Below are positions 52,401 through 64,000 of a stretch of 64,000 nucleotides of DNA, one piece after another. The stretch is from Takakia lepidozioides. Taxonomy: Eukaryota > Plantae > Bryophyta. Numbering within the stretch: position 1 is the first letter of the stretch; each line of letters begins with the position of its first letter. The stretch lies in contig CM060731.1 of the NCBI GenBank assembly GCA_030704615.1, positions 42,842,001-42,906,000 of the forward strand. Direction: 5' to 3'. The notes beneath the pieces are model-generated. The model was not told where the DNA came from. It saw only the letters and a list, made by a program, of their open reading frames with translations, and ran no database searches. The position numbers and the translations under genes are program-made.

Positions 52401-52979
52401 GTATTTTTGCCACAATAACAACAAAATGGCTAAACCGTAGGCGACTTGTCATGATAGATGTAATTCATCCGTCTCTGGAGGTGTTCATCGATACTTTCAT
52501 CGTTGCTTTCATCACAACAAGAGTCGTGCTGATTTAGCCAGATTTCTCCACGATTTAGGGTTTATGGCGAGACCAGGAATTCAACGCCCGTGGGACCCGG
52601 GGGGCACATGGTCTTTGGCGGCCGACACCGGCAGGACCGGTGCGCTGCGACTGTGACTCCTCCGGCCGGTGCGGCCCACCGTCGAGGAAGCCTCTGGCAC
52701 CGGACGAGCTGGTGCGCCGGTCCCGGGTTACGCCACAAGCCCCCGTAACACGTGCTTGGCGCCCGGGCTCTCGATGTTTCGCCACGTCACGCAATCGCCA
52801 GACGAAAGTTTCATTCATACACTTTTCTTCATCCATCTCCGTCGCTCATCCAGTTTAACATGCCCGTCGTGGCGCTCGGAACGCGGCTCGTCGAGTTGGC
52901 CGCCATGGCGTCCACGTGTCGAGGTACACGTGGGTTCCTAATTTCTCGGGTGACATGGTTATCGGCTGTACTAGTGGCA

Positions 52980-53098
52980 TAAATTTCTCGTTCGTCAAGA
53001 GATAATTTCTCGTTCGTCCAGGCAAAATTTTCTCGTTCTCGTTTCTCCTTTCTAGATTTTCTCGTTCGTCCAGCGAGGGTGATGGTTGCATCTCCCTC
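52980..53098. repeat. Cluster of TTTCTCGTTC(GTC) direct repeats, possibly a transposon subterminal region
   Basis: Four copies of tttctcgttc within ~90 bp, followed by gatggttgcatctccct. Confidence 0.4.
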
Positions 53099-53489
53099 TT
53101 GTACTTACCGTCGTCCCCTGTTGGAGGAAGACTCTTTCTCTTGTAGTGAGGCTTCACCTGAAGTTTCCCGACTGAAGGAGCTTCATGAACTGGGATTTTG
53201 TGAGCTTAGTGGAGTATATGTTAGCAAAGAGAGAGAGTTCTCTTTCACCATTAATGCCTACTTCCCTTTCAGTGTAGCTTCTCTGCAGCAGCCATCTGCG
53301 AAGCTCGTTAAGGATGAGTCTTTGCCATATACCTTAAAAAGGCCATGAGCTAATTGCATGACACTGGCCTCTCTCACCCTCTAGCATCTTCTGCATCGAA
53401 GTTTCACAACTCCCTAGCTAGAGGTGGCAACTTGAAAGTACAAATTTTTATCAGCCCAGGCAGAATGGACTATCTCTTTCTCTCTGTTT

Positions 53490-54900
53490 TACAAGTTCTT
53501 CAGGCCAATAACAAACATTTTTGTGCTGGTCAGGAGACATGGGAAACACCGGATAAATTGGTTGGAGATGTCAATGGGTATAAGTGGACGGGTAAGATGT
53601 GTACTCTCAAGGCAGCCTCTGCCAAACGCGGCCAAAAAGGGGTTGGATTCTTTGTCCGCGATGTCTTGTTTGATAATTGTGAAATTATCAACAAGGGTTT
53701 GAGGTATGAGCATAGTATCTGGCTAAAACTGAATCTGAAGGGCGTGAATACGAAGGACCTCTTTGTGGGTTGTGTATACATGCCCACATAGGGGACCCTT
53801 AGTGTTGACGCAGACAAAGCCTTCGAAGATGTAAAGCTGGACTGTGCTTCTTGCCAAAGGTCAGGTGGTTCTATTGGGTGACTTCAATGCCCGGGTGGGC
53901 AAAGGTCTCCATCAGGACGATATCATTGGGCCTTTTGGTGAGGACGAGCTGAATTCTAACGGCAGACGGTTAATTAACTGTCTGGAAGAGCTTCAGCTTT
54001 TGACCTTGAATAACAGGACAAGAGGTGACCAAGTGCAGTGGACTCGTGAGAAATCCCAAACTGGGGAACATTCCATTGTGGACTATATCATAATGGACAA
54101 AAATTTGTTTCCCCAGTGTGCCAATGTGTTGATCGACAGAACTGATATTGGTACCTCTGACCCACTTCCTGGTTTGGACTGAGATCAAAAGGTGTTTTCC
54201 CAACACCAAGAGATCTGTAAAACGTTCGATTCGGAAGTGGCGCATAGAAAAATTCCATAATGAGGAGGTCAAGGCTGAGTATGTCCAGGCCTTGCAAGAG
54301 GATCTCCCTCATTTTGTCCACTCGCTCCATGAACTTCAGTCTCGCTCTGACAACGCAAGAAATGAAGTCGAAAGAGCAGTGGACTCTTGGGAGAGTTTCG
54401 TTTCCTCTGTGGCTGACAAGATCATTGGGAGGAAACTAATTGTCTGCGGTAGAGCTGTTAATTGGTGGACCAATGAGATTAACCTCAAGATAGCTGAGAG
54501 ACGAGCCCTCTATAAAGAGTGCTGCAATTTGAAAACCAACAGAGAATTGTGGGCAAGGTACTATCAGCTCCGTAAAGATATCAATCAGCTTGTTAGGTCT
54601 CAGAAGAGATTATACTGGGACAAGTTATACAGTGAAATAAACTCAAACCACCATGGTGGTAATGACAAGAAATTGGTTGGCCCTTCAAGTTGAACAACGT
54701 TTGTACAAGCCGAAAAACGGTCAGCAAGTACAAGCGCTGAAGACTACTAAAGGTGCAGTGGTGACTTCATCGGTTGACATTGCCAAAACCTTTGAAAATC
54801 ACTACAGTATCCTTGGCAGAACTTCAGGGAGGGGTGTTCTGCTGAATGGAGGGACACAGTTGGAAAAACTGTTCCTATGATTCAAAACAGCCCTGATGAA
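53490..54900 (+). mobile_element. LINE AP-endonuclease and linker fragment
   Basis: GQETW, LLGDFNARVG, IVDYII and TSD(H) motifs. Near-identical to 63275-64000. Contains stops and frameshifts. Confidence 0.9.
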
Positions 54901-54949
54901 CTGGAGTATATTTCAATGGCTTATAACGCTCGCATTAGTTCTTCTGAGA

Positions 54950-55710
54950 TTTATCCTGGAGATTGGTTGGAGTCTCCCCTATGCCTACGAAGTCATCCTC
55001 AAACATAAGGGCTGGTATAGTGGTATCACCCACCCTTAACCCAAATCCCTCACTTTCCACATCCTGGAGGAGTTGATTGATGAAAACGTTGAAGAGCAGA
55101 AGGGAGAGAGTACATCCTTGAGCTACACCTTGGTCTATGTCAAAGAAGTTGGACTTCTGTCCGTTAACAGTGACATAGCTTTTGGTGTGAGCATACAAGT
55201 TGTGGACAACTCTCCACATCTTTTTCTTGATTTTGACATCCAGGAAAAAAACATAAGTAGGTTTCCCTTCTTTTTCCTTCCCTGGATAATCTGGCTTAGA
55301 GTGAAGATATGATCCACACAGCCCCTGTTTCGCCGAAAGCCAGCGTGGCCTTCGTGGAAACAACCTCGAGACTCCAGATCAACCTCGAGACGAGTACTTA
55401 TAACTCTGCAGAATGTCTTGCCAACAGCATTGAGGAGCGTGATGCCACGGTAGTTCCCCGGTTCTTCTCTGTCACCCTTCTTGTATAGATTGACAATGAC
55501 CCCCTGTCGCCAGCAAAAGGGGATCATTTCAGTCTTCCAGATAAGGTTAAAGAGGAGAACTAGGGCCTCTATCATGGGATCGCCACCGTGCTTGATAAGC
55601 TCGTTGACTATACCATCAGGTCCACCAGCTTTATACGTTTAAATGTTCAATTGCTTTGATTGCACGAAGAGATACCTCTCGTTTGAATCCTCTGGACGCA
55701 GAATCAATGA
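54950..55710 (-). mobile_element. LINE reverse transcriptase fragment, inverted relative to the adjacent endonuclease
   Basis: LYKKGDREEPGNYRGITLL, AGFRRNRGCVDHIF, GVAQGCTLS and MFEDD. Near-identical to 61085-61530 apart from an internal deletion. Confidence 0.9.
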
Positions 55711-55879
55711 GCCTCTGTAGTCTTGTGTCGCTGCCATGGACCTACTCATCCTTAGTCTCCTGCAGCCTCTCTCAGATTTGGCCAAGGGGCAGTGTCTCCT
55801 TTATCATCCTTATGGTTGTTTTTCCTGAGGTTATATTTTCCTCAGTTTTATTAATAAAATTTGTCAGGGCTCCCCCTGT

Positions 55880-56230
55880 TCGAAAGAACTGCAAACAAAA
55901 TTGAGCAATTGGGAATGCTCAGGAGAGAGAAAAGGGATGATGAGGACTCTGATGAGTCAGATGAAGAAGAAGAGCAAGAACTAAAAAGGAAGAGTAAGAG
56001 AAAGGAGAAGTTGAAGAGGGATAACTATGAAAAAAGATTGGAAGAAATCTTGAAGAAGTATGCCACAGAGGCAACACATTGGAGGAAGGGTGTATCGTGT
56101 GCAAAGTGCCAGAATGAAGGCCATACCACCACAGAATGCCACATGAAGGAGAAATACTGTACTATCTGTAAAATGGATAACCATTCTACTGAGAATTGTT
56201 ACTACAACAGAAATAAAATAAAAAATGGAG
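55880..56230 (+). mobile_element. Gag-like fragment with two CCHC zinc knuckles
   Basis: CAKCQNEGHTTTEC and CTICKMDNHSTENC following an acidic/basic stretch. Confidence 0.6.
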
Positions 56231-56759
56231 TTAATTCTTTTGTTTTGTGGACCATTACAATAATCAGGCTTGAGGAGTAACTAGTGAACCAGGGCAAGTT
56301 TTTCTTCTACATTGAAGGTACAGGATGATCAATGGTCTGCCTGATCTTGCAGCAGGCTCCTCTTCCCAAGCCATCTTTATCAAAACTATACATCTCTAGC
56401 TCTACACACCAGGGGAAGGCAAATTTATCTTTTCTTTGAAAGAGAAAAGAGAGTCAACACCATGATGCAACTTTTCCAAGTGAAGCGCGGGCAAGATTGC
56501 TGATGCACATGGGAGGGCGGAGGTGAAGATTGACAATCTTCATAGCTGATGGGTATTGGCAGCCCAGACCAAGAAGTGGTATGGTAATTGGGTCTTCCTC
56601 ATCTTGTGCTGGGATCTGAGATTGGCAACGGGTGCCAGTGCAGAGCACACGCCAAAATAAGAACAAGAGTGCATCATGTGAAGAGATGAAGGTCAGAAAT
56701 TTTACAATTCGAGGTATATATGAATGTCAGGTTGTCTTGAGGACCTTAATACACAAAGT

Positions 56760-59700
56760 TCAAAGGCCCGGGGGTGTCTTTATAGTGTCACGGCCATCTT
56801 GCTCCTCATGATGGCCAAGCTCGGGGTCCGCAGCGGGCACAACATGGTACTCCCCAACTTGAAGGTTGTTGTCTGCAGACTCCAGGGGTTTCTGAGAGTA
56901 GAGCACATAGTGTTGTATGGTGAAGAGAATATCAAACGCTATTGTGAACTGCACCCATCATTCATCAACCCAGGTTTCATCAATCAAAATCCTGTAACCC
57001 TGCTAGGCCCCACCCACACACTCATTTCCATGCTTTCTCTCATCTTTTTCTCAGTTTTTATCTTTGGCTCTGGTTTTGTTTCCTCTCTCATGTTTTCTTC
57101 CATTTTGTCCCATAAGATCTATGAGCTTTCCGCAGACGTTATAAAGCACCATTTCATTTCTCATCTAGTTTCCCACCGGGTAATACTCAGCTTCAGCCCT
57201 CTTCTGTAGCTAATCATACCAGAAGAATCTGTTTGAGGACAAGGTTAATGGGCTTGAGATTCCATTGGTTCTTTCTGCTCCACCTCAAGTTCTGTATGAA
57301 CATCGGTGGCAATTAAAGTTCTCACTCATGACCCCTTGCTAACTGTAGTCAGAAGCCATGCTACTTGAATGTGTGAGAGGTGGATGGGTAGCATCATAAG
57401 CTTAAGCGCTTCTTTGACTACAAGCCTGTAAGAAGAGATAAATGAAGCCAATCTGAATGAAGGCATACAACTTGGAAGAAGGTTAAACTAGCTAGCGAAC
57501 AGACATACTGACCAGTGACAAGCCCACTTTGCCCACGTTCCCTGTAAAGTTTTGGAATGAATCTGTGCCATCAAGGTACCCACATTAGGTGATATATGCA
57601 AGAAAGTCACTCACCAGACTCTCGAAACCTGAGAGTACAAAATTGACTAACCAAACAAATTCAATAAAACCAGAAAATTTTGCTTGGGCGTCTAACTGGT
57701 GTAGCTTTTCACTAACCAACTAACCTGGTGGCAATGCCAGTACCTACCTACCTCAATATGAACACAGGCAAGCTTAAATAGAATCCATAAAGCCTATAGA
57801 TTCATGAGGATGAAGCAATAATTGCAAGGAAAGACTCCATAGGTTAGAGGGGAGACATGCCTTGGTCAATGGATTGTACAACCATTTGCAGCAAGTTCGC
57901 GATGCCCCCCGACAAGTCCAAGACTATGTTTCCTATGCTCCAGCCCTCTGTACTCTTCCTCGTGAAGTTAAAATATGCCTGGTCAACCCCTCCCACTGTG
58001 TCAATCTCTGCCTCTCTGTCTCTCTTTTTTCGATGGTTTGTAAAGTAGTTTCTTCGTCTACTTTGTCCAGTGGATCCTCCAGGCTTCCTGTGGATGTTAG
58101 AAAATTTCCTTCTTGCTTTCTTTCCATTCCCTCATCTTGACAGTCTGCACCTTGTCCCTTGTACAAACAGTGTGACTGAAAGTTCGATCACAATCATGTG
58201 TCACTGCATTAAAATGAACAGATTCCAACATCATTGCCAGCAATGAGATCAACACACAACCCCGTGCAATTGGACTGCGGTCAGTCATGCATGAAAGTGA
58301 TGTGGCTATTTGGGGTTTCATAACTAGGTGGGTTAAAACCCAGTGCCCTGCTCCTAGAGTGTGACTATCCCATTCTCTGATACCATGGACATTGGGTACT
58401 GCTCTTCCCATGCACCCTGAGTGTGCAGCAACTTAAGTACAATTTTCTCTTCTAGTGGCTCTATTACCGTAAGGGAATTTCTGTATGGACTAACTCTTGT
58501 TGATTGTTCGAGTTAGAGAGCCTTACCTCATATTAATTTGTGATTATGAATCTTCCAGTAGCTGCAGATAGAACAATTACATATAAAACTCTGAATACCT
58601 CAATTTTGAAAGGATTAGAGGGCTACCTGTGGGATGTATTTGATACATGTCATCACCAGCTGTATTATGCTGGATTCACCAGCCCCAACACAGCACATGG
58701 CGAAACGATTATATCAAATTTACTCTTCCATTTACTACAATCAGAAACACAGAGACAAGGGAGCGTATTAAAAAAGTCAAATATCAACAAATATGCACTG
58801 TGTGGGCAAGAGAGGACCTACTTGAAGCCATCAATGAGGAGTAGCCAGTTCCCACTTGGAAAGACTCTGAGGAGAAGCACTAGAGCTGCTCCCCAAACCA
58901 CACTGGATATCCCAATGCATGCTGTCGATAGTCTCTGGCCACCCTTCTGTGCACCATACCTGAATGTGTGAGAAATCTTGAGAGAAGACATGAATTTGTC
59001 ATGTGCACGGATGACAAATCTTACAACCAGGGAGGGCCACACACCACAAGAATAAATGGAAACAGAAGAGAGACATCAGCAGAGGCTACAGGGCCAAAAT
59101 CAGAGTCAAGACGTTTAGACCTGAAATGTTCCTCACAACCAAAGACATGAGGGCATCGGAGTAGACTTTCTAAAGTTTGAAGCATTTCAAAGGCCGACTA
59201 TAGACAAACAATGTTGCCCAAAATTTCCAGGGAGAAGGAAAACGTAGGGGAAGAGGGACAATAGTGAGAAGAAAGTAGTAGCCTAACAGCTCACTCAGTA
59301 TCTTCCTTTTGTTCCTTAAAAACACCTTCACAGAACTAAGCATTTAACTAGAAGGAGGTACTCATCTACTGTTCCATCCTCAAGAGCATAGTCCCCACAG
59401 GAACTCCGAGAGGCGGTCATCCCAGTAGGAGAGAACAGACTTGCCATAGTGCTCCCACACAGCTGATGACTACTCCGGTTGCACTGAAAACTGAGTTTCG
59501 TCTCATGGATGGACTGGATTAACAGGAGTATGATGTTGATTCCAGCCCTGAGGGTATAGCCTAGCCATATCCCTCCCCAACAGGCGAGTTACAGGGACTT
59601 GACAATCACCTGATGTATAGGCTGAATTGTTCAATTTTATACTCAAACATTTTGAGGTTGATTCCAGCCATGCTGCTATATCCACCTGGAATTATGCGTT

Positions 59701-61730
59701 CAAAACATAGCTGTGCGAGGGGTTGGACTGCCGTCAAGCATAAATGTAGATCAACTACGAATAAGGGAGGGAGCGATAGAGATTGTACTCATAAGACGTT
59801 GTTTGCCGTAGCCTTGTGGCCATTGACCCCGTGCCCAGTTTGAGCGGGAACAAAAGGGACAGAACCTACCTCTGTCAGGGGCTGACGTTGGTAGTAAGAC
59901 TTACCTCCATATATAGAATTAATCCGGGTTTTCCAGATATCCTCTAGAAATCCCTTCACACAAGCATCAATCTGCTGTGTGTGATTTGCCCAAAAACTAG
60001 GCCTCAGGAGGGCCTGGGCTTTTGGCTCAGCCTCGAGACTTTCAAAGTTGGTAAACAGGGGTACAGGCACAATTCCCTTAATAGATTTGAAGAGAGCGTC
60101 TCTTTGGTGAGAGAACCCCGGACAGTGTATCAGAAAATGAATACTGTCTTCAGATTGCCCACACAACGGGCAATTGCACTCTCCCTTTCCTCTCTGCTTC
60201 TGTTTGCTGTTCAAAGGTAGGCCTCCTGCCCTGAGTTTAAATTTCAGTCTAGTGCCGAGAGTGGGTAGACCCTTGAGGTCATCCAAGATGTCCTCCCCCA
60301 TGTCACAGACTGGAAACAAGTTCAGGGAAGTTTTCTGCCTAACTTCATTTTCATCAGACAATCTCATGGCAACAGACATGGCTGAGGACACTACAGCCTC
60401 TAAGTCAGATTTATCCAGCAGGGTCAAGACTTGCGGATCCAGGTCCAGGTCCTTGAGGATCTCTTCTACTCTCTTCTGCCAGGACTTAGCCTGTTTGACA
60501 GGGCGGTCCTGTTTCCAAGATATAGAGTCGATTAACTTAGGATATCTGGTGTTGGGCATATGTTGCAGCTGACCCCACCATCTGACCTTGAATTCATCTC
60601 GTCGGGAGCTTAAGGACGGAATGCCAAACTCACCCCGAACAGCCACATTGGCTGGTTTGGAGCATGCTGACATACACTCCTTAAGCACCCCCACTTGAAT
60701 GGATTCTAGAGTCTTAGCCTGGTTGGAGTTATCAACCCATATAGCAGATCCGTACTCCAAGGCAGGTCTAATAACGCGACAAAGCATGGTTTTCTTAACC
60801 TCAGAGTTGACCCCTCTGCAGTGGAAAAATTTAGTGAGCCCCAGAGCTTTGCCCTTGCCAGTTTGAACAACTTTCCAGATATATGCATCCCAATTACAAT
60901 TGGAGGAGAACTCAACGCCCAGGTAAGTGTAGGAAGGGAGGACCGGGATCTCTTGGCTACCCCACTGCCACTTAAGATCACTTCCTCCCTCTCCTCTGTC
61001 GTTGAATGCTACCACTGCACATTTGCTGACATTAGCCTCTAGCCCCCAAAGATCAAAGTATCTCTTCGCGCAATCAATCAACTCCTGGAGATTGGTTGGA
61101 GTCTCCCCTATGCCTGCGAAGTCATCCGCAAACATAAGGGCTGGTATGGTGGTATCACCCACCCTTAACCCAAATCCCTCACTTTCCACATCCTCGAGGA
61201 GTTGATTGATGAAAACATTGAAGAGCAGAGGGGAGAGAGTACATCCTTGAGCTACACCTTGGTCTATGTCAAAGAAGTTGGACTTCTGTCCGTTAACAGT
61301 GACACAGCTTTTGGTGTGAGCATACAAGTTGTGGACAACTCTCCACATCTTTCCCTTGATCCCACAAGACCAGAGGCGTAACCATAGGCCATCTCTCCAC
61401 ACTGTGTCATAATCCTTTTTGACATCCAGGAAAAAGACATAAGTGGGTTTCCCTTCTTTTTTCCTTCCCTGGATAATCTGGCTTAGAGTGAAGATATGAT
61501 CCACACAGCCCCTGTTTCGCCGAAAGCCAGCTTGGGAGCGATAGAGAGAGAAGCAGATTGAGGGGAAGCAATCAGTCAGAAGAATGCATAGAGAGCACAA
61601 AAGAGATGGTACAGAACCCAAGAAGGAAGGACATCCAGACCTCATAGAGGAAGATTTGGCTGAGGAGGACAAGCGTGAGAAGAACCGCATGTACAGAGAA
61701 CGCAACATCATTTAGCGCCACTGGTATGAG
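56760..61730 (-). CDS. Cystinosin homologue (PQ-loop transporter), 3' six exons; 5' exons not identified in the window
   Basis: Phase-consistent exons: 61730-61641 (LIPVALNDVAFSVHAVLLT); 58946-58822; 58669-58627 (MTCIKYIPQ); 57978-57861 (NFTRKSTEGWSIGNIVLDLSGG); 57562-57513 (NFTGNVGKVGLSL); 56948-56760 (FDILFTIQHYVLY). Confidence 0.9.
59770..61532 (-). mobile_element. 5'-truncated LINE (reverse transcriptase plus C-terminal zinc knuckle) in a cystinosin intron
   Basis: Open frame from AGFRRNRG through QGCTLSP, FADD, YTYLGV, RPALEYG and CPLCGQSEDSIHFLIHC to the stop at 59789, then a CT-rich tail. Confidence 0.92.
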
Positions 61731-61844
61731 CTGCAAGAGTGTAACAACAACAACATCACGCCTGACCCTTGTGAGAGCAATCACGCCTGACCCTTGTACA
61801 CGGAAACACACTTTTTCCTACTTTCAGACATGTCTGTTCCCTTT

Positions 61845-61930
61845 CGTTCCACCAAACTGGCCACGAGGTCTGCGGCCACAAGGCTACGGCAAACGTCATA
61901 TGAGTAAACACTCTCTCTCTCTCTCTCTTT
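61845..61930 (+). mobile_element. Extreme 3'-end relic of the same LINE family with (CT)n tail
   Basis: ccaaactggccacgaggtctgcggccacaaggctacggcaaacgtcatatgagtaaaca followed by (ct)n. Confidence 0.75.
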
Positions 61931-62393
61931 GTCGCAGAATCTCCCTGTCCTCTAGGAAGCCTATTGACATTGGGTGGACTTGAAACGGGAGTACATTAAT
62001 GTCTCTGTGACTAAATGCCGGCCTTGTGACCTCGTGTTCTTGTTTGTTTCGACCTGAAGCGCTTTGCTTCAGGTAAGGTAGTGCATTGGATTTAGTTGGA
62101 AAGCTTGGGGCCTTTCCCTCTTTAGAATATGCCTACACGGGCCATTCCCTGCAACTCCCTGGAGTGTGATCTCTGAATGGTAACAAGCGGACTCCTACCA
62201 CTTGGGGGCAGCCCCTCCGCCCAAATTGGGCAGTCGTATGCTCTGTCTAGCATACTCGGCACTTGGGCTCGGGTTGGTTCCTGTGCTTAAACTTATGGCC
62301 TGCGAAAACAATCAAAAATTTAGCTCCTATCAACATCAACACTCCTCAGGGTGATCCCTGGGCATTGGTTACTTATGCCAAATCTAGGGCTTC

Positions 62394-64000
62394 ATGTGTA
62401 GTTTTTGGGTGAATCCCAGGATGGACGATGTGTCCTTTAAAACTACATGCTCTAGCTTAGGCTTGGATTTCATGGCTAATGGTACCATCTCGAGACTTGA
62501 TAACAGGGGTACGTTGAAGGTTGCAATGACCAAAAGTGCTTCTAATAGAGTCCCGCATCAATTCAATCTCAAAGAAGTTCGTCCCTTGACTGGCTGGAGA
62601 GCGGTCTTAGACATTGGTGATTCAATGGGGCGCTCTAGGAAGACAATCAAGGGCAACAACTTCAACTTGAGAGTTTCTAATCGGTTTGATGCTTTGGATG
62701 AGGTTGAATCCAAACAGCCAGAAGGACAAGATGCCCCTAAGTGTACGGAACCTGAACGTCCTGAATCTGAAGGATTTGGTACTCTGAATGGTTTACCAAT
62801 CCTCAAGGTTTACACAAGACGAACAAATTCTATACATGGGGTAATTGTCCCCAAGCCGTCAGATGGACAATCTGTCCCTAAGTGTGCAGAGCCTGAACGT
62901 CATGTAACTGAAGGATTTGGTACTCTAAATGGTTTACCAATCCTCAAAGTCTACACAAGACGAGCAAAATCTATACACGGGGTAATTGTCCCCAAGCAGT
63001 CTGACGGACAATCTGCCCCTATGTGTGCGGAGCCTGTGCGTCGTGTAACTGAAAGATTTGGTACCCTGAATGGTTTATCAATTCTCAAAGTTTACACAAG
63101 ACGAGCAAAATCTACACATGGGGTAACTGTCCCCCCTTTGCAGAACGGTTGGCCGTCCAGGAGCAATCACAAGCTACCTAGACAACAAACAATTCACACG
63201 CAAAGGGCTGGCTTGCGGCTGGCCACTTTCAACTTCTCAGGGTTGACCAACCAAAGGAACAACTTGAAGTGGGACAAGTTCTTCGGACTAATGATATTCA
63301 TATCTGTGCTGGGCAAGAAACATGGGAAACGTCGGATAAACTGGTTGGAGATGTCATTGGTTATAAATGGGCAGGTAAGATGTGTACTCTCAAGGCAGCC
63401 TCTGCCAAACGCGGTCAAAAAGGGGTCGGATTCTTTGTCCGTGATTTCTTGTTTGACAATTGTGAAATTATCAACAAGGGTTTGAGGTACGAGCATAGTA
63501 TCTGGCTAAAACTGAATTTGAAGGGCGGCATGAGTACAAAGGACCTCTTTGTTGGTTGTGTTTACATGCCCACAGAGGGGACCCTTAGTGCTGACGCAGA
63601 CAAGGCCTTCGAAGATGTAAAGCTGGACTGTGCTTCGTTCCTTGCCAAAGGTCAGGTGGTACTATTGGGGGACTTCAATGCCCGGGTGGGCAAAGGGATC
63701 CATCAAGACGATATCATTGGACCTTTTGGTGAGGACGAGCTGAATTCTAATGGCAGACGGTTAATTAACTGTCTAGAAGAGCTTCAGCTTTTGACCTTGA
63801 ATAACAGGACAAGAGGTGACCAAGTGCAGTGGACTCGTGAGAAATCCCAAACTGGGGAACGTTCCATTGTGGACTATATCATAATGGACAAAATTTTGTT
63901 CCCCAGTGTGCCAATGTGTTGATCGACAGAACTGATATTGGTACCTCTGACCACTTCCTGGTTTGGACTGAGATCAAAAGGTGTTTTCCCACCACCAAGA
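62394..64000 (+). mobile_element. 5' part of a LINE: N-terminal extension and AP-endonuclease, continuing beyond the window
   Basis: The ORF runs into LRLATFNFSGL, frameshifts at ~63258, then GQETW...GDFNARVG...VDYII...SDH. Confidence 0.9.
62721..63140 (+). repeat. Three 141-bp (47-aa) in-frame tandem repeats
   Basis: Units start at ~62721, 62862 and 63003: GQ.(A/V)P.C.EP.R...E.FGTLNGL.ILKVYTRR..S.HGV.VP. Confidence 0.9.

Noticed and set aside
50300-52950. Several 60-130-aa ORFs
   Set aside because: No recognisable domains or consistent exon structure.
61533-61711. First ~60 aa of the 640-aa ORF as part of the LINE protein
   Set aside because: Chance read-through from a cystinosin exon (other frame) and intron. 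LINE homology starts only at about AGFRRNRG (~61532).

Overview
Eukaryotic nuclear DNA with spliceosomal introns, most likely from a non-seed land plant (inferred from the PLS-DYW gene family and the transposon types; the taxon cannot be fixed from sequence alone). The main feature is a cluster of PLS-class PPR-E-DYW C-to-U RNA-editing-factor genes: locus A (<1-3462, minus, disrupted), B (ORF 4932-7859, plus, intact), C (13458-17668, minus, disrupted), a DYW fragment near 20 kb, and B' (40738-43665, minus, intact). B' lies in a near-identical 5.9-kb inverted duplicate of 2918-8852. In A, B, B' and C the intronless PPR-DYW exon is fused in frame behind a multi-exon array of PDF motifs (W..F..DP..WWDNR..K | ..P..PD[FY][KR]HK....LW.....P.WV), the ssDNA-binding repeat of plant organellar OSB proteins. 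I do not recognise this PDF(n)-PLS-E-DYW architecture from known families, and it is the top finding. Many of the PDF exons carry lesions, so whether a fusion protein is still made needs transcript evidence. Ordinary genes are DGD1 (7 exons), an At3g09050-like protein and a cystinosin homologue. Transposon debris includes MULE-SWIM, hAT, Ty3/gypsy, a (CT)n-tailed APE-type LINE family and a possible HUH relic.
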